Shown: piece by piece, positions 28,426 through 38,559 of the stretch
How positions within the stretch are numbered: position 1 is the first letter of the stretch
Layout: every line of letters starts with the position of its first letter
NCBI GenBank assembly: GCA_000806155.1
Contig: JWKX01000012.1
Location: 5,563-69,562, forward strand
Direction of reading: 5' to 3'
Source: an archaeon GW2011_AR18
GTDB lineage: Archaea; Nanobdellota; Nanobdellia; SCGC-AAA011-G17; GW2011-AR18
DNA: 64,000 nucleotides
The notes under the pieces: model-generated
What the model saw: only the letters and a program-made list of their open reading frames with translations
Told to the model about the DNA's origin: nothing
Database searches by the model: none
Made by a program: the position numbers and the translations under genes

Positions 28426-28848
28426 ATGGTAAACCAAATTTTCGTTAACTTATGTGTTAAAGACTTAAACAAATCCGTTGACTTTTTCACTAAATTAGGT
28501 TTTAAGTTCAATTCTCAGTTTACTGATGAGAATGCTACTTGTATGATTATTAAGAAAGACACTATATTTTCTATGTTGATAGTTGAAAAATATTTTAAAA
28601 CATTTATTCCTAATAGAGAAGTTTGTGATACTAAGAAATATAAGGAAATCTTGACAGCTTTATCTGTTGATAGTAAGAAAGAAGTTGATGATCTTGTTAA
28701 CAAAGCTATTAAAAACGGTGCTAAGGAATTCAGAGAAACTCAGGATATGGGTTGGATGTACGTAAGAGCTTTTGAAGATTTAGATAATCATGTCTGGGAA
28801 ATATTTTATATGGACGAAAGTAAAATGCCTAAGGAGATGAAAAAATAA
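28426..28848 (+). CDS. VOC/glyoxalase family protein
   Basis: IFVNL.VKDL, FEDLDNHVWE. Confidence 0.85.
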   Translation: MVNQIFVNLCVKDLNKSVDFFTKLGFKFNSQFTDENATCMIIKKDTIFSMLIVEKYFKTFIPNREVCDTKKYKEILTALSVDSKKEVDDLVNKAIKNGAKEFRETQDMGWMYVRAFEDLDNHVWEIFYMDESKMPKEMKK

Positions 28849-29207
28849 TGTCTTACATTGATGGTTTTGTTCTTGTAATTCCTAAGAAAAGTGTTAAGGA
28901 ATATGTTGAATTAGCTCAAAAAGCAGGTAAAGTCTGGAAAAAATATGGTGCTTTAAAATATGTTGAATGTATTGGTGATGATCTCTCATCTCAGATGGCT
29001 AAATTGACTTTTCCTAAAATGACTAAATTAAAAGCTAATGAAACTGTCTGGTTCTCTTTTATTGTTTACAAGGATAAGGAACATCGTGATAAAGTTAACG
29101 CTTTAGTTATGAAAGATTCTTTTATGCTTGAGTATAAGGATAAGCCTATGCCTTTTGATATGAAACGTTTTGCTTTCGCAGGTTTCAAGTCTATGGTAGA
29201 GTATTAG
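28848..29207 (+). CDS. DUF1428 family protein
   Basis: YIDGFVL, ETVWFSFI, MPFDMKR..AGF. Confidence 0.88.
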   Translation: MSYIDGFVLVIPKKSVKEYVELAQKAGKVWKKYGALKYVECIGDDLSSQMAKLTFPKMTKLKANETVWFSFIVYKDKEHRDKVNALVMKDSFMLEYKDKPMPFDMKRFAFAGFKSMVEY

Positions 29208-29221
29208 ATTGGGAGGTTAAA

Positions 29222-29620
29222 ATGAATAGGGTTGTACACTTTGAGATTCAGGCAGATGATCCTGATAGAGCTATTAACTTTTATAAAAAAGTTTTTGGTT
29301 GGGATTTCATTAAATGGGAAGGATCTCCTAGTCCATACTGGATGATTATGACTGCTGAAAAAGATAGCAAAGAACCTGGTATTAATGGTGGTTTATTATC
29401 TCGTCCATGTCCAGCACCTGCTTCAGAACAAGGAACTAACGCTTATGTCTGTACAGTTTTAGTTGATGATTTTGATGAATATGAAAAAAAGATTAAAGCA
29501 TCTGGTGGTATTGTTGCTATGCCTAAGTTTGCTATTCCTAATATGGCCTGGCAGGGTTATTTTTTAGATACTGAAGGTAATACTTTTGGTATTCACCAGC
29601 CTGATAAGAATGCTAAATAA
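29222..29620 (+). CDS. VOC/glyoxalase family protein
   Basis: VVHFEI.ADDPDRA, GINGG, DTEGNTFG. Confidence 0.88.
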   Translation: MNRVVHFEIQADDPDRAINFYKKVFGWDFIKWEGSPSPYWMIMTAEKDSKEPGINGGLLSRPCPAPASEQGTNAYVCTVLVDDFDEYEKKIKASGGIVAMPKFAIPNMAWQGYFLDTEGNTFGIHQPDKNAK

Positions 29621-29661
29621 TTTATAGAAAACTATATATAATATTAATTCTTTAAATTTTT

Positions 29662-29838
29662 ATGGTTAAAAAAGAAACTTATAGTTACAAAGGTTGGTTA
29701 AATTCTGATAGTTTTCTTAAAAGATCTTTTGCATGTTTAGGTTATCAGTTTGTCGCAACTTTGATTATATACTTTGCACTTGTAATTGTTGTAATAATAT
29801 TTGCAATTATATTTGGTTTAATTGCTATGTCATTTTAG
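29662..29838 (+). CDS. 58-aa membrane protein
   Basis: MVKKETYSYKGWLNSDSFLKRSFACLGY followed by a long hydrophobic helix. Confidence 0.65.
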   Translation: MVKKETYSYKGWLNSDSFLKRSFACLGYQFVATLIIYFALVIVVIIFAIIFGLIAMSF

Positions 29839-29858
29839 ATAATTCTTTTTTCTATTTT

Positions 29859-30326
29859 TTAATAAAATAAATGTTCTTTTGCTAGATTTTTATATGCTTT
29901 ATTTATTACTTCCACATCTGTCTCGTTTTCATCTAATCCTAATGTTTTTCTTGCCTCTTTTCTCTTATCTTCAACTTCTTTATCCTCTTTGAATTCATGC
30001 GTGAACTCTTCTAATGTTTTTTCCTCATTTATTAATTTTTTAACCTCTAATTCTATTACTTTCATTACTACATACATGTTTTCTACAAATGTATTGCATA
30101 AGTTATAACTGTAATATAATCTATGACCATTAAAATACCATAATGCTGATGCTTTTGCTTTCTTTAATGCATATGCCTGTTCAGAAACTTCTATATATCC
30201 TTCAGCTAGTTCATTATTTCTTAGATTATCAATTATGCTCTGTCTGAACTGTGCTGCTCTTCTGTTAAATGAGTCTTTTACATTAGGTAGATTGAACTCA
30301 TTTCCTTTAGCTTTTATCATTGTCAT
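29859..30326 (-). pseudogene. C-terminal J-domain protein truncated just before HPD (probable assembly deletion)
   Basis: ARKTLGL..INKAYKNLAKEH, then LFY* where HPD is expected. Confidence 0.7.
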
Positions 30327-30377
30327 TATTTTGATAATTTGGAAATATTCATAAAGTGGTATGGTCATTTTATTATT

Positions 30378-31025
30378 ATGAAAGAGCTTGATAAATTAAA
30401 CGTTGAATTCATTAAATCTAAAGAAAAAATTGCCAAATTATTCAAGGATAAGCATTCTCCTAACAATAAAGATTCTCGTCTTCCTCCAGGTCAATATCTT
30501 ACAGATAAATTTCCAGTATTGGATTTAGGTATTCAGCCTGATTTTGATCCTAAGACCTGGAAATTAGAAGTAGTTGGTGAAGTTTTTGAAAATAAAGTTT
30601 TTACTTATAATGATATTCTAAAAATGCCTCGTACTGATTTATCTAAAGATTTTACTTGTGTTACTAAATGGACTAAGTATGATGTTAGATGGTCTGGAGT
30701 ATTATGGAAAGATTTCTTAAAATATATTAAAGTTAAACCTTCTGCTAAGGCAGTAATGTTTTATGGTGCTGATGGTTACTCTACTAATAATCTTTTAGAA
30801 GATATTGAAAATGATACAACACTTTTAGCATATTTATTGGACTCTAAACCTATTCCTAAAGAGCATGGTTGGCCTATGCGTGTTATTATCCCTCATTTAT
30901 ATGCCTGGAAAGGTTCTAAATTTTTAAATAAGATTGAATTCATGAAAGAAAATAAACCAGGTTTCTGGGAAGTTAGAGGTTATCATTTGCGTGGTGATGC
31001 TAATTTAGAAGAACGTTATTCTTAG
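30378..31025 (+). CDS. Sulfite-oxidase-like molybdopterin-binding protein
   Basis: RLPPGQ, FPVL, DFTCVTKW, EHGWPMR, YAWKGSK, GFWEVRGYH. Confidence 0.88.
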   Translation: MKELDKLNVEFIKSKEKIAKLFKDKHSPNNKDSRLPPGQYLTDKFPVLDLGIQPDFDPKTWKLEVVGEVFENKVFTYNDILKMPRTDLSKDFTCVTKWTKYDVRWSGVLWKDFLKYIKVKPSAKAVMFYGADGYSTNNLLEDIENDTTLLAYLLDSKPIPKEHGWPMRVIIPHLYAWKGSKFLNKIEFMKENKPGFWEVRGYHLRGDANLEERYS

Positions 31026-31060
31026 AAAGGTTTTTATTCTATTATTTATTATATTAATCT

Positions 31061-31270
31061 ATGAGATATAAAGCCACTTTTAATATTGAGGAGACTAGTC
31101 CTTATAATTTTAATAATTTCCCTGCTAATTATCATGATAGAAGAACAGATCGTTTTTTTGATGCAGATTGTATTGAAGATGCTGAAAGGTTGGTTCAAAA
31201 AATGCGTTCTGATATTAAGGATGATTTTACTAGAGTACATTTATTTAGTTTAGAAGAATTATCAGATTAA
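31061..31270 (+). CDS. Hypothetical protein
   Basis: 69-aa ORF. Confidence 0.5.
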   Translation: MRYKATFNIEETSPYNFNNFPANYHDRRTDRFFDADCIEDAERLVQKMRSDIKDDFTRVHLFSLEELSD

Positions 31271-31271
31271 T

Positions 31272-31478
31272 TTATCTTTTTATATTAGAACTTCTCATTG
31301 CTCCCCCTCTTTTATATGGTGTTCCTCTTCCTCCTTTTGTCCCTCTTGATTCCGGATATACATCTAATACTTCCTCAGACTCATCATATCCGCAGCTTAG
31401 GCATATTAGGAATTTTCCTCCCATTACATCAACCTGGTCTATATGCTTGCTTTTGCATTTTGGGCATTCTGTTTTCAT
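31272..31478 (-). CDS. Zinc-ribbon small protein
   Basis: CPKC...CLSCGY with a basic, Gly-rich tail. Confidence 0.7.
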   Translation of the reverse strand: MKTECPKCKSKHIDQVDVMGGKFLICLSCGYDESEEVLDVYPESRGTKGGRGTPYKRGGAMRSSNIKR

Positions 31479-31552
31479 TTTTCTAATATTTTTGTCAATC
31501 CTTCTAAAATATATGGGAAAAGGATATTAATAAGTTTATTTATTATAAGTAT

Positions 31553-31804
31553 ATGGTTGAAGCAATTAAAGTATCTGATGGTAAAATCGTGATTCCTGAG
31601 AACATAAGAAACAACCTTGATATAAAAGACGGTTCAACTCTTATGTTAATAGAAAAAGATGGTTTTATAATCATTAAAAAGAAAAATAAGTCTAATAATA
31701 AAATTGATTATGAAAAGTTAGGTTGGATGTACCTTGCAGAGAATTCTTTCAAAAAATTATGGGATAATAAAAAGGATGATGAAATATGGAGCAAATATCT
31801 ATAG
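31553..31804 (+). CDS. AbrB/MazE-type antitoxin
   Basis: GKIVIPENIRNNLDIKDG; LAENSFKKLWDN..DEIW. Confidence 0.85.
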   Translation: MVEAIKVSDGKIVIPENIRNNLDIKDGSTLMLIEKDGFIIIKKKNKSNNKIDYEKLGWMYLAENSFKKLWDNKKDDEIWSKYL

Positions 31805-32127
31805 AACAAAGGGATATTGTATTATTGCCTTTTCCATTTTCTGATCAAAGTGGGTTTAAAGTAAGACCTGCTTTAGTTGCTAGTAATAATACTTTTAATA
31901 GGTCTGATGATATTATAGTATTTGGAATTACATCTAACATCTCAAAGAATTTTTATACTTTAATAATTAATGATCAAAATTTAGAAAAAAATATTATAGA
32001 AGATTCTTGTTGTATTAAAGTTGAAAATATATTAAAGATTGACAAGAAATTAATTATAAAAAAGCTAGACAGATTAAAAGAAAGTGACTTTAATAAACTT
32101 AAGGAATTAATATTAAAAATATTTTAA
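31786..32127 (+). CDS. PemK/MazF-family toxin
   Basis: DIVLLPFPFSD..KVRPALV; overlaps the antitoxin. Confidence 0.88.
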   Translation: MEQISIEQRDIVLLPFPFSDQSGFKVRPALVASNNTFNRSDDIIVFGITSNISKNFYTLIINDQNLEKNIIEDSCCIKVENILKIDKKLIIKKLDRLKESDFNKLKELILKIF

Positions 32128-32378
32128 ATTATCCTTTTCTTTGTATCTTTCTCGAATATCTTTATTACAGTTACTGGACAGCTCTCTGCTGCATCTTTAT
32201 ACTTTTCTAATTCGCTCTCATCTATCTCTTTGAACCAGTTTTTCCCCTCTTTTTTTGAATCCTTTAGATCTGCTTTTCCATCATCTACCATTGTCCATTG
32301 GTCTGGCTGTACTGCTACACATGCTGCAGCTCCTATGCATCCATCCCTATCATATTCTACTAAGTATTTTTTTCCCAT
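32124..32378 (-). CDS. Single-cluster ferredoxin (probably 3Fe-4S)
   Basis: CIGAAAC...AAESCPV. Confidence 0.88.
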   Translation of the reverse strand: MGKKYLVEYDRDGCIGAAACVAVQPDQWTMVDDGKADLKDSKKEGKNWFKEIDESELEKYKDAAESCPVTVIKIFEKDTKKRII

Positions 32379-32443
32379 TGTTGATTCCTCTTTATGATTT
32401 TGATAAGTTTTTGATTAAAAATTAGTTAATAAAGTTTTCTTTA

Positions 32444-32554
32444 CTAGAGTTCTATCTTTCCTTTTATGTCTAATTCCTCAATTATTATCATTATTATTGG
32501 TGATAGTACTATTAATATTACAAGTATGAATAAGAATATTTGTGATGGTGTCAT
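32444..32554 (-). CDS. 36-aa single-TM protein coupled to the histone stop
   Basis: MTPSQIFLFILVILIVLSPIIMIIIEELDIKGKIEL*; ATGA overlap. Confidence 0.5.
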   Translation of the reverse strand: MTPSQIFLFILVILIVLSPIIMIIIEELDIKGKIEL

Positions 32555-32763
32555 TTTACTGCTAGTTTTATATCTCCTGCTTTTACTGTTTTTCTCCCTG
32601 AATGTTGTGCTATCCTTGCAGCTTTTTCTCCTATCTCTTCAGCGTAATCCTCTAATACCACTCTCATCATCTCTTTTGCATCCTCGCTCACTCTTGGCGC
32701 TCCTGATTTCTTAAGTAATTTTTCCATTGCAGCTAGTGCTAATAAATTTTTATCTTTATTCAT
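32551..32763 (-). CDS. Archaeal histone (HMf type)
   Basis: GAPRVSEDA...AQHSGRKTVKAGDIKLA. Confidence 0.95.
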   Translation of the reverse strand: MNKDKNLLALAAMEKLLKKSGAPRVSEDAKEMMRVVLEDYAEEIGEKAARIAQHSGRKTVKAGDIKLAVK

Positions 32764-32802
32764 AAATATCTTTATTTTACTGGTCTTTTATATCTTTTGG
32801 TA

Positions 32803-33252
32803 TTAGCAATATCTTTTTCTTTCCTCTTCTGTTATCATCTCTCTGTAAGCTTTATAACCAGGATAATTTGCATATACTTCATTTTTTAGTATAATCATAT
32901 ATGTGCTCTCTTCATCTGCATATTCTAGTGATTCTCTGAATTTTCCACTCTCTAGATCTCTCTTAGTTTTTATTGGCAATTCTGTTAAAGCATTATATAC
33001 TCTTGTTTTTAATATTTTAATAATCTGAACTGGGAATCTTTTATCATAATCATTTATTTTTATCCTTGATATCCTTTGTCTGAATTTTTCGCATGTTATC
33101 TCTAATCTGTTTAATTCTCTGATTACAATATCTGGTTTATTTTTTTCATAATATTTTTTTATGTTTTTCGGACTTTCCCTAAATACTCTGACCATTGCTG
33201 AATATCCGTATATATCAAATTTTTTCCATAACTCGTATTCTTTTTTTCCCAT
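32803..33252 (-). CDS. Hypothetical protein
   Basis: 149-aa ORF. Confidence 0.6.
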   Translation of the reverse strand: MGKKEYELWKKFDIYGYSAMVRVFRESPKNIKKYYEKNKPDIVIRELNRLEITCEKFRQRISRIKINDYDKRFPVQIIKILKTRVYNALTELPIKTKRDLESGKFRESLEYADEESTYMIILKNEVYANYPGYKAYREMITEEERKRYC

Positions 33253-33254
33253 TT

Positions 33255-33491
33255 TTATCTGAATATTCTTTTCCCTCTTTCGAAGAAGCTTATTATTGTT
33301 ATTATGATTACTATTAATACTAATAATGCGAACAATGCTGATATGAATACAAACAAGAATAATATTACTAGTAATACAATGAATGCTATAAGTATCCTTC
33401 TTGAAAGTTTTATTCTTGAATCTAGTTTTAAAAATATATATTCTGCAATTATTAGTGCTGCTATAAAGATTAAGTCTTGTATGCTGAACAT
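33255..33491 (-). CDS. Small membrane protein
   Basis: 78-aa hydrophobic ORF. Confidence 0.65.
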   Translation of the reverse strand: MFSIQDLIFIAALIIAEYIFLKLDSRIKLSRRILIAFIVLLVILFLFVFISALFALLVLIVIIITIISFFERGKRIFR

Positions 33492-33528
33492 ATAGTTTTA
33501 TATAACATTTTACTTTTAAGCTTTATGT

Positions 33529-34557
33529 ATGATTACTAAAAAGGAAATTAAAGAAATTCATAAATTCTTATCTGAAGCTTCTAATCCATTATTTTTGTAT
33601 GATGATGATTGTGATGGTTTCTGTGCTTATCTGTTATTAAAAAAACATTATAAAAAAGGTGAGGGTATGATTATTAAGAGTTCTCCTAAGCTTGATGTTA
33701 ATGCTGTTTACTCTGTTATTAATGCTAAGCCGGATTTGGTTGTTATTTTAGATAAACCTCTAGTCTCCCAGGAATTTATTGATCAGGTCAGGACTCCTAT
33801 TGTTTGGTTGGATCATCATCCTGTTCAGAATATGAATAATGTTAATTACTACAATCCTAGGAAACATCGTTCCAATAGACCGACAACCTACTTAGCTTAC
33901 TCTGTTGTTAAATCTAATTTATGGATTGCTGTTATTGGCTGTGTTTTTGATCATTTTGTTCCTGATTTCATTTCAGATTTCATGAAAGAATATCCTGATT
34001 TATTGTCTCAATCCCCTAAGGATATTGATGATATTAAGTTCTCAGGTGATGTTGGTAAATTAATTAGGATTTTTTCTTTTAATCTTAAAGGAAAAATTAC
34101 AGATGTAAAAGATTCTTTGAAAGCTTTGGAAAAAATTGATTCTCCTTATGAAATTCTTAACCAATCTTCTGATTCTGGTAAATATGTTTATTCTAGATAT
34201 GAAAAACTTAACAAGGATTATATAGAACTTTTGAATTATGCCAGATCTCAAATCAATGAAGACAAAGTTTTTGTTTTCAAGTATCCTTCTTCTAATACTA
34301 GTTTTACTGGTGAATTATCTAATGAACTAATTCATTTGTATCATGATAAAATTATTGTTATTGCTAGACTAAAAGATGATGAATATCGTATAAGTTTCAG
34401 GTCTTCTAAGATTAATATCCGTAAGGTTTTAGAAAAGGCTTTGGTTGGTATTGAGGGTTATGCTGGTGGTCATGATCATGCTTGTGGTGGTGCTGTTAAG
34501 ACTCATAATTTTGACAGGTTTATTGAGAATGTTAAAAACTTAGTTAAGAAAAAATGA
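33529..34557 (+). CDS. DHH/DHHA1 phosphoesterase (RecJ-like)
   Basis: DDDCDG, ILD, LDHH, AGGH..ACG. Confidence 0.9.
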   Translation: MITKKEIKEIHKFLSEASNPLFLYDDDCDGFCAYLLLKKHYKKGEGMIIKSSPKLDVNAVYSVINAKPDLVVILDKPLVSQEFIDQVRTPIVWLDHHPVQNMNNVNYYNPRKHRSNRPTTYLAYSVVKSNLWIAVIGCVFDHFVPDFISDFMKEYPDLLSQSPKDIDDIKFSGDVGKLIRIFSFNLKGKITDVKDSLKALEKIDSPYEILNQSSDSGKYVYSRYEKLNKDYIELLNYARSQINEDKVFVFKYPSSNTSFTGELSNELIHLYHDKIIVIARLKDDEYRISFRSSKINIRKVLEKALVGIEGYAGGHDHACGGAVKTHNFDRFIENVKNLVKKK

Positions 34558-35258
34558 GTTATGATAATATTGTTAAATTAATTGCGGGTCATTCAAATAC
34601 TAAGAAATCCGAAATTTATAAAAGGTTCTTCAAGACTTCTGAAGGTGATTACGGTCATGGTGATATCTTTCTTGGATTAACTGTTCCTCAGTCTAGGATT
34701 ATTGCTAAAAAATTTCATGATTTAAGTTTTGTTGATTTAAAAAGATTATTGAATTCAAAGATTCATGAACATAGGTTGGTTGCTATTATTATTTTAGTTG
34801 AAAGATTTAATAAAAATCCTGGAGTTGTTTATGATTTTTATCTTGATAATATTGATTATGTTAATAATTGGGATCTTGTTGATTTATCAGCTGATAAGAT
34901 TGTTGGAAAATATTTATTTGATAAATCTGATCGTTCTATTCTTTACAGATTAGTAAAATCTAATAATCTATGGCATAGAAGAATATCTATTGTCTCAACT
35001 TTTTATTTTATTAAGAATAATGTTTTTGATGACACATTGAAGATTTCAGAATTATTATTGAATGACAAGCATGATTTAATTCACAAATCAGTAGGTTGGA
35101 TGCTCCGTGAAGTTGGTAAACGTTCTCTTGACGATTTAGAGGAATTTTTAGATAAATATTCTAAAATAATGCCTAGGACTATGTTGAGATATTCTATTGA
35201 AAAGTTTCCCGAAGAGAAAAGGCTTTTTTATTTAAATATGAGAAAAGAAACCTTTTAA
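34554..35258 (+). CDS. DNA alkylation repair protein (AlkD-like)
   Basis: FFKT..GDYG.GD.FLG, NNWDLVD, KSVGWMLRE, MPRTMLRY. Confidence 0.9.
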   Translation: MSYDNIVKLIAGHSNTKKSEIYKRFFKTSEGDYGHGDIFLGLTVPQSRIIAKKFHDLSFVDLKRLLNSKIHEHRLVAIIILVERFNKNPGVVYDFYLDNIDYVNNWDLVDLSADKIVGKYLFDKSDRSILYRLVKSNNLWHRRISIVSTFYFIKNNVFDDTLKISELLLNDKHDLIHKSVGWMLREVGKRSLDDLEEFLDKYSKIMPRTMLRYSIEKFPEEKRLFYLNMRKETF

Positions 35259-35282
35259 TAGCTATTATCTGATTCTAATTGA

Positions 35283-37214
35283 ATGATTAAAAAGAGTGTT
35301 TTATTGTTGTTAATTATTATACTGACTTCATTTTCAGTTTATGCTATTGATCAGCCTGTTAATGATTATAACTCATATAGTTTTATTGATTATGATGTGG
35401 GTATAGTTGGGAGTTTTGATCTTACACCTACTAGTTCTAATTCTAAGATTGGTGAAGTCACTTCTATTCTTACTTTTTTCCCAAGAAGTGATGATTTGCA
35501 GGAAGTAAAATCTCTAAACTTCAATTCAGTTCCTCAAGCTTCTATATCTAATAATTCTGACGAGATTTCTTATAATTGGGTCTCTCCTCAGGATAATTCT
35601 TTTGAATTATCTTTTGATTCTAATGTTAGGACTAATAATAGGTTGATTATTGTAGATGATAAAATTAATTTTCCTTTGTCAGGTGTTGAATCTTTCTATA
35701 CTCAGCCTACTGAATTTATTGATATAAATAATGATATTACACTTAAAGCATCTGACATTGCTAGTGGTGAAGATGACTTGTATGTTGTTAGTTTTAAAGT
35801 AGCTGATTGGATTCAGGATAATATTAAATATGATCTTGGTTCTTTGACAGCTGAGGTTGTCCAGAAATCTAGCTGGGTTCTTAAAAATAAGGAAGGTGTA
35901 TGTGATGAGTTGACTAATTTATTTATCTCTATGATGCGTTCTTTAGGTGTTCCTGCACGTTACGTCTCAGGAGTTGCTTATACTAATGCTGGTTACAAAT
36001 TTGGTCCTCATGCATGGGCTGAAGTTTATTTTCCAGATAAGGGTTGGGTTCCTTTTGATGTTACTTATAGGCAGTTTGGATGGGTTGATCCTAGTCATAT
36101 TAAATTGAAAGTGAGTTCTGACTCTGGTGATCCTACTATCAGGTATACTTGGAAATCTGTTGATACTAGTATTAAGGGTAAAAAGATTGATATTGATACC
36201 AAAGTTGTTAATACTGGAACTATTGTAAAGAATCCTGTAATCATTGCAGTTAAGCCTCTGATTAATAGTGTTGGTCCTGGAAGTTTTGTCCCTTTTGAAG
36301 TTTCTATCAAGAATCCTAATAATTATTATTTTCCACTATCACTTGCTGTGACTAAAGCTAATGCTCTTACAGATAAGAACTCTAAGGAGATTTTATTGAA
36401 ACCTGGTGAATCGAGAAAAGTTTTCTGGATTTCTTCTATTCCTGGGAGTATTGATAATGGTTATATCTATAAATCTACATTTGAAGTGGAAGACCAGTTC
36501 CATAATAAATATAGCACAAATATAACTTACTCTTTAGGTATTGAATCTGTTTCAAAAGATCAGGCTGATAAGATGATATCATCTGTCAAGCCTTCTGATA
36601 ATCTATCACCTTTAGAACTTGATTGTTCATCAACTAAATTCACTTTCTCATACGAAACACCATCTGTAAAATGTAAGGTAAAGAATAATTCCGGAAGAAA
36701 GCTTTTCAATCTTGATGTCTGTGCCTCTTCTGTGTGTAAATCTATGGCTCTTGATGAGTCTGAAGAGAAATCTGTTGATATCAAACTTCCTCTATTGAAG
36801 GAGGGTGTTAATATTATTGAGATAACAGCAAAGTCTGATTCATTTAATGTTAAGGAAAGTGTTAGGATTGAAATCTTGTCTAATCCTGATCTTTCTATTA
36901 GTGATATTAAATATCCTCGGGAGATTCCTTATGGAGAGAGCTTTAAATTTGATGTCTTGTTGAATGTGAAAGTTCCTGTAAAAGATGTACACCTTTTTAT
37001 TAATGATATAGAAGTTTTTAAGATTGATTTCATGGATGGATCAAAGAAAGCCTCTATGAAGTTTAATTCAGATGATCTTTACAAGAAGGATAATATTAAT
37101 TTAAGGATTGATTTCAAGGATAAGAATGATAAGCAATACTCTATAGATAAGGATTATCCTGTTCAAGTCACTAATGTCCCATTTTTAGTTAGATTTTTCA
37201 GTATTTTTTCTTAA
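35283..37214 (+). CDS. Exported transglutaminase-like domain protein with Ig-like domains
   Basis: Signal peptide; triad GVCDE, HAWAE, FDVT. Confidence 0.88.
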   Translation: MIKKSVLLLLIIILTSFSVYAIDQPVNDYNSYSFIDYDVGIVGSFDLTPTSSNSKIGEVTSILTFFPRSDDLQEVKSLNFNSVPQASISNNSDEISYNWVSPQDNSFELSFDSNVRTNNRLIIVDDKINFPLSGVESFYTQPTEFIDINNDITLKASDIASGEDDLYVVSFKVADWIQDNIKYDLGSLTAEVVQKSSWVLKNKEGVCDELTNLFISMMRSLGVPARYVSGVAYTNAGYKFGPHAWAEVYFPDKGWVPFDVTYRQFGWVDPSHIKLKVSSDSGDPTIRYTWKSVDTSIKGKKIDIDTKVVNTGTIVKNPVIIAVKPLINSVGPGSFVPFEVSIKNPNNYYFPLSLAVTKANALTDKNSKEILLKPGESRKVFWISSIPGSIDNGYIYKSTFEVEDQFHNKYSTNITYSLGIESVSKDQADKMISSVKPSDNLSPLELDCSSTKFTFSYETPSVKCKVKNNSGRKLFNLDVCASSVCKSMALDESEEKSVDIKLPLLKEGVNIIEITAKSDSFNVKESVRIEILSNPDLSISDIKYPREIPYGESFKFDVLLNVKVPVKDVHLFINDIEVFKIDFMDGSKKASMKFNSDDLYKKDNINLRIDFKDKNDKQYSIDKDYPVQVTNVPFLVRFFSIFS

Positions 37215-37262
37215 AATGTTAAAGAAAGGTTTATTAAATTTTTTATATTTTTTATATTTACA

Positions 37263-37874
37263 ATGACACGTAGTATTACTCACAATCTTGGCTTACTAGC
37301 TATAACTGATCTTTTAGATGAAGATGACTCAAAACTTGTTACTAGTATTTTTAAAGGAATAAGTAGAAGAAGAGAACAAGAGGGTATAAGAGAATTATTC
37401 AAAATTATAACTAAAGATTATGAAAGGATTTATTCTATGGCGATTTTAAGCAATGAGAGAGATGATTTGGAACGCCATTCAGATATGGTAAGTGTAGTAG
37501 AGAGGCAATTAGCGAGAAGTGTTGGAGATCAAGCATTAGAATTATATGGTCGTTTATGGTTAAATGTCGATATGACTCATGTAGGTCTAAATGGTATTAC
37601 AAGATCAAAGACACCAAATTATCAAGGAGTAGAGTCAGTATACAAGGCTTATCAAAGAGCAGTAAGAATTAATAGAGTATTATACTCTGATGTAAGAGAT
37701 AATCATAGTACATCTCCATATCAGTCTAAGGTTATATCGCTTGGAGATTTTATACATAGAACACAAGAAAGTTTATTGCCAATAGTTCAAAAAGGTGCAA
37801 GATTTAGGCATGAGGCTGACCCTACTAATGACCCAAATAATCTTCCTTTAAATCTTAATGCCAAAACAATTTAA
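37263..37874 (+). CDS. Hypothetical protein
   Basis: 203-aa ORF. Confidence 0.65.
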   Translation: MTRSITHNLGLLAITDLLDEDDSKLVTSIFKGISRRREQEGIRELFKIITKDYERIYSMAILSNERDDLERHSDMVSVVERQLARSVGDQALELYGRLWLNVDMTHVGLNGITRSKTPNYQGVESVYKAYQRAVRINRVLYSDVRDNHSTSPYQSKVISLGDFIHRTQESLLPIVQKGARFRHEADPTNDPNNLPLNLNAKTI

Positions 37875-37879
37875 TTAGG

Positions 37880-38019
37880 CGAGCCCGGAGGGATTTTCGT
37901 TCACCTTTATCTTGTTTGGTCAAGCTTTCTTAAAGGTTGTATTCGAACCCCCATGCAACGGTATCTTCTAACATCAGAGCATCCGAAGCCGTTAATGTTA
38001 TCCATTACATCACGGGCCC
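37880..38019 (-). tRNA. tRNA-Arg(TCG) with two introns: 37/38 (20 nt, 37963-37982) and 59/60 (48 nt, 37894-37941)
   Basis: Hand-folded: acceptor GGGCCCG/CGGGCTC, anticodon stem AACGG/CCGTT, T stem GGGGG/CCCTC. BHB helices CTTC/GAAG and TTCG/CGAA. Confidence 0.9.
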
Positions 38020-38081
38020 ATTTTAATATCCATTGTTATAGAATAAAAACCTTTTTATAATTCATTTTAAATAATAATCAC

Positions 38082-38558
38082 ATGAGGTTGTTGATATTTT
38101 CAGTATTGTTATTTATATTATTGGTTCCATCGATTATTTCTGCAAGACAGAATTGTATTATTTCAGGTAACTCTTCATGTGATGGTTGTTCTAGTTATAA
38201 GTTTGGTGATAGATTCATTGTATGTTCTAATAATATGAAAGATTCTAATATTCTTCTTGATATTGATGATAATATCTTTGATCTTCAATTAAAAAAAGGT
38301 AATGAGTCTACTAATCTTATTTTATCAACAGTTTATGATAATGGTATTATGAAACCTAAGCTTGATGTATCTTTAGTTGTTAGTAAATTGGATAAGATTC
38401 CTTCTCTGATTGATACTAGCATAAGTAAGTTTCCGTTATATTCCTCATTATTCTTAGTAATCTTAATTTTTTTAGTTATCTCATTGATACTGAAAGATCT
38501 GTCATCTCCTTGGAAAAAGCATTATCATAGAAGAAAACATTTTAAAAATAAACATTAA
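38082..38558 (+). CDS. Secreted/anchored hypothetical protein
   Basis: Signal peptide, four Cys, C-terminal TM and basic tail. Confidence 0.7.
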   Translation: MRLLIFSVLLFILLVPSIISARQNCIISGNSSCDGCSSYKFGDRFIVCSNNMKDSNILLDIDDNIFDLQLKKGNESTNLILSTVYDNGIMKPKLDVSLVVSKLDKIPSLIDTSISKFPLYSSLFLVILIFLVISLILKDLSSPWKKHYHRRKHFKNKH

Positions 38559-38559
38559 T

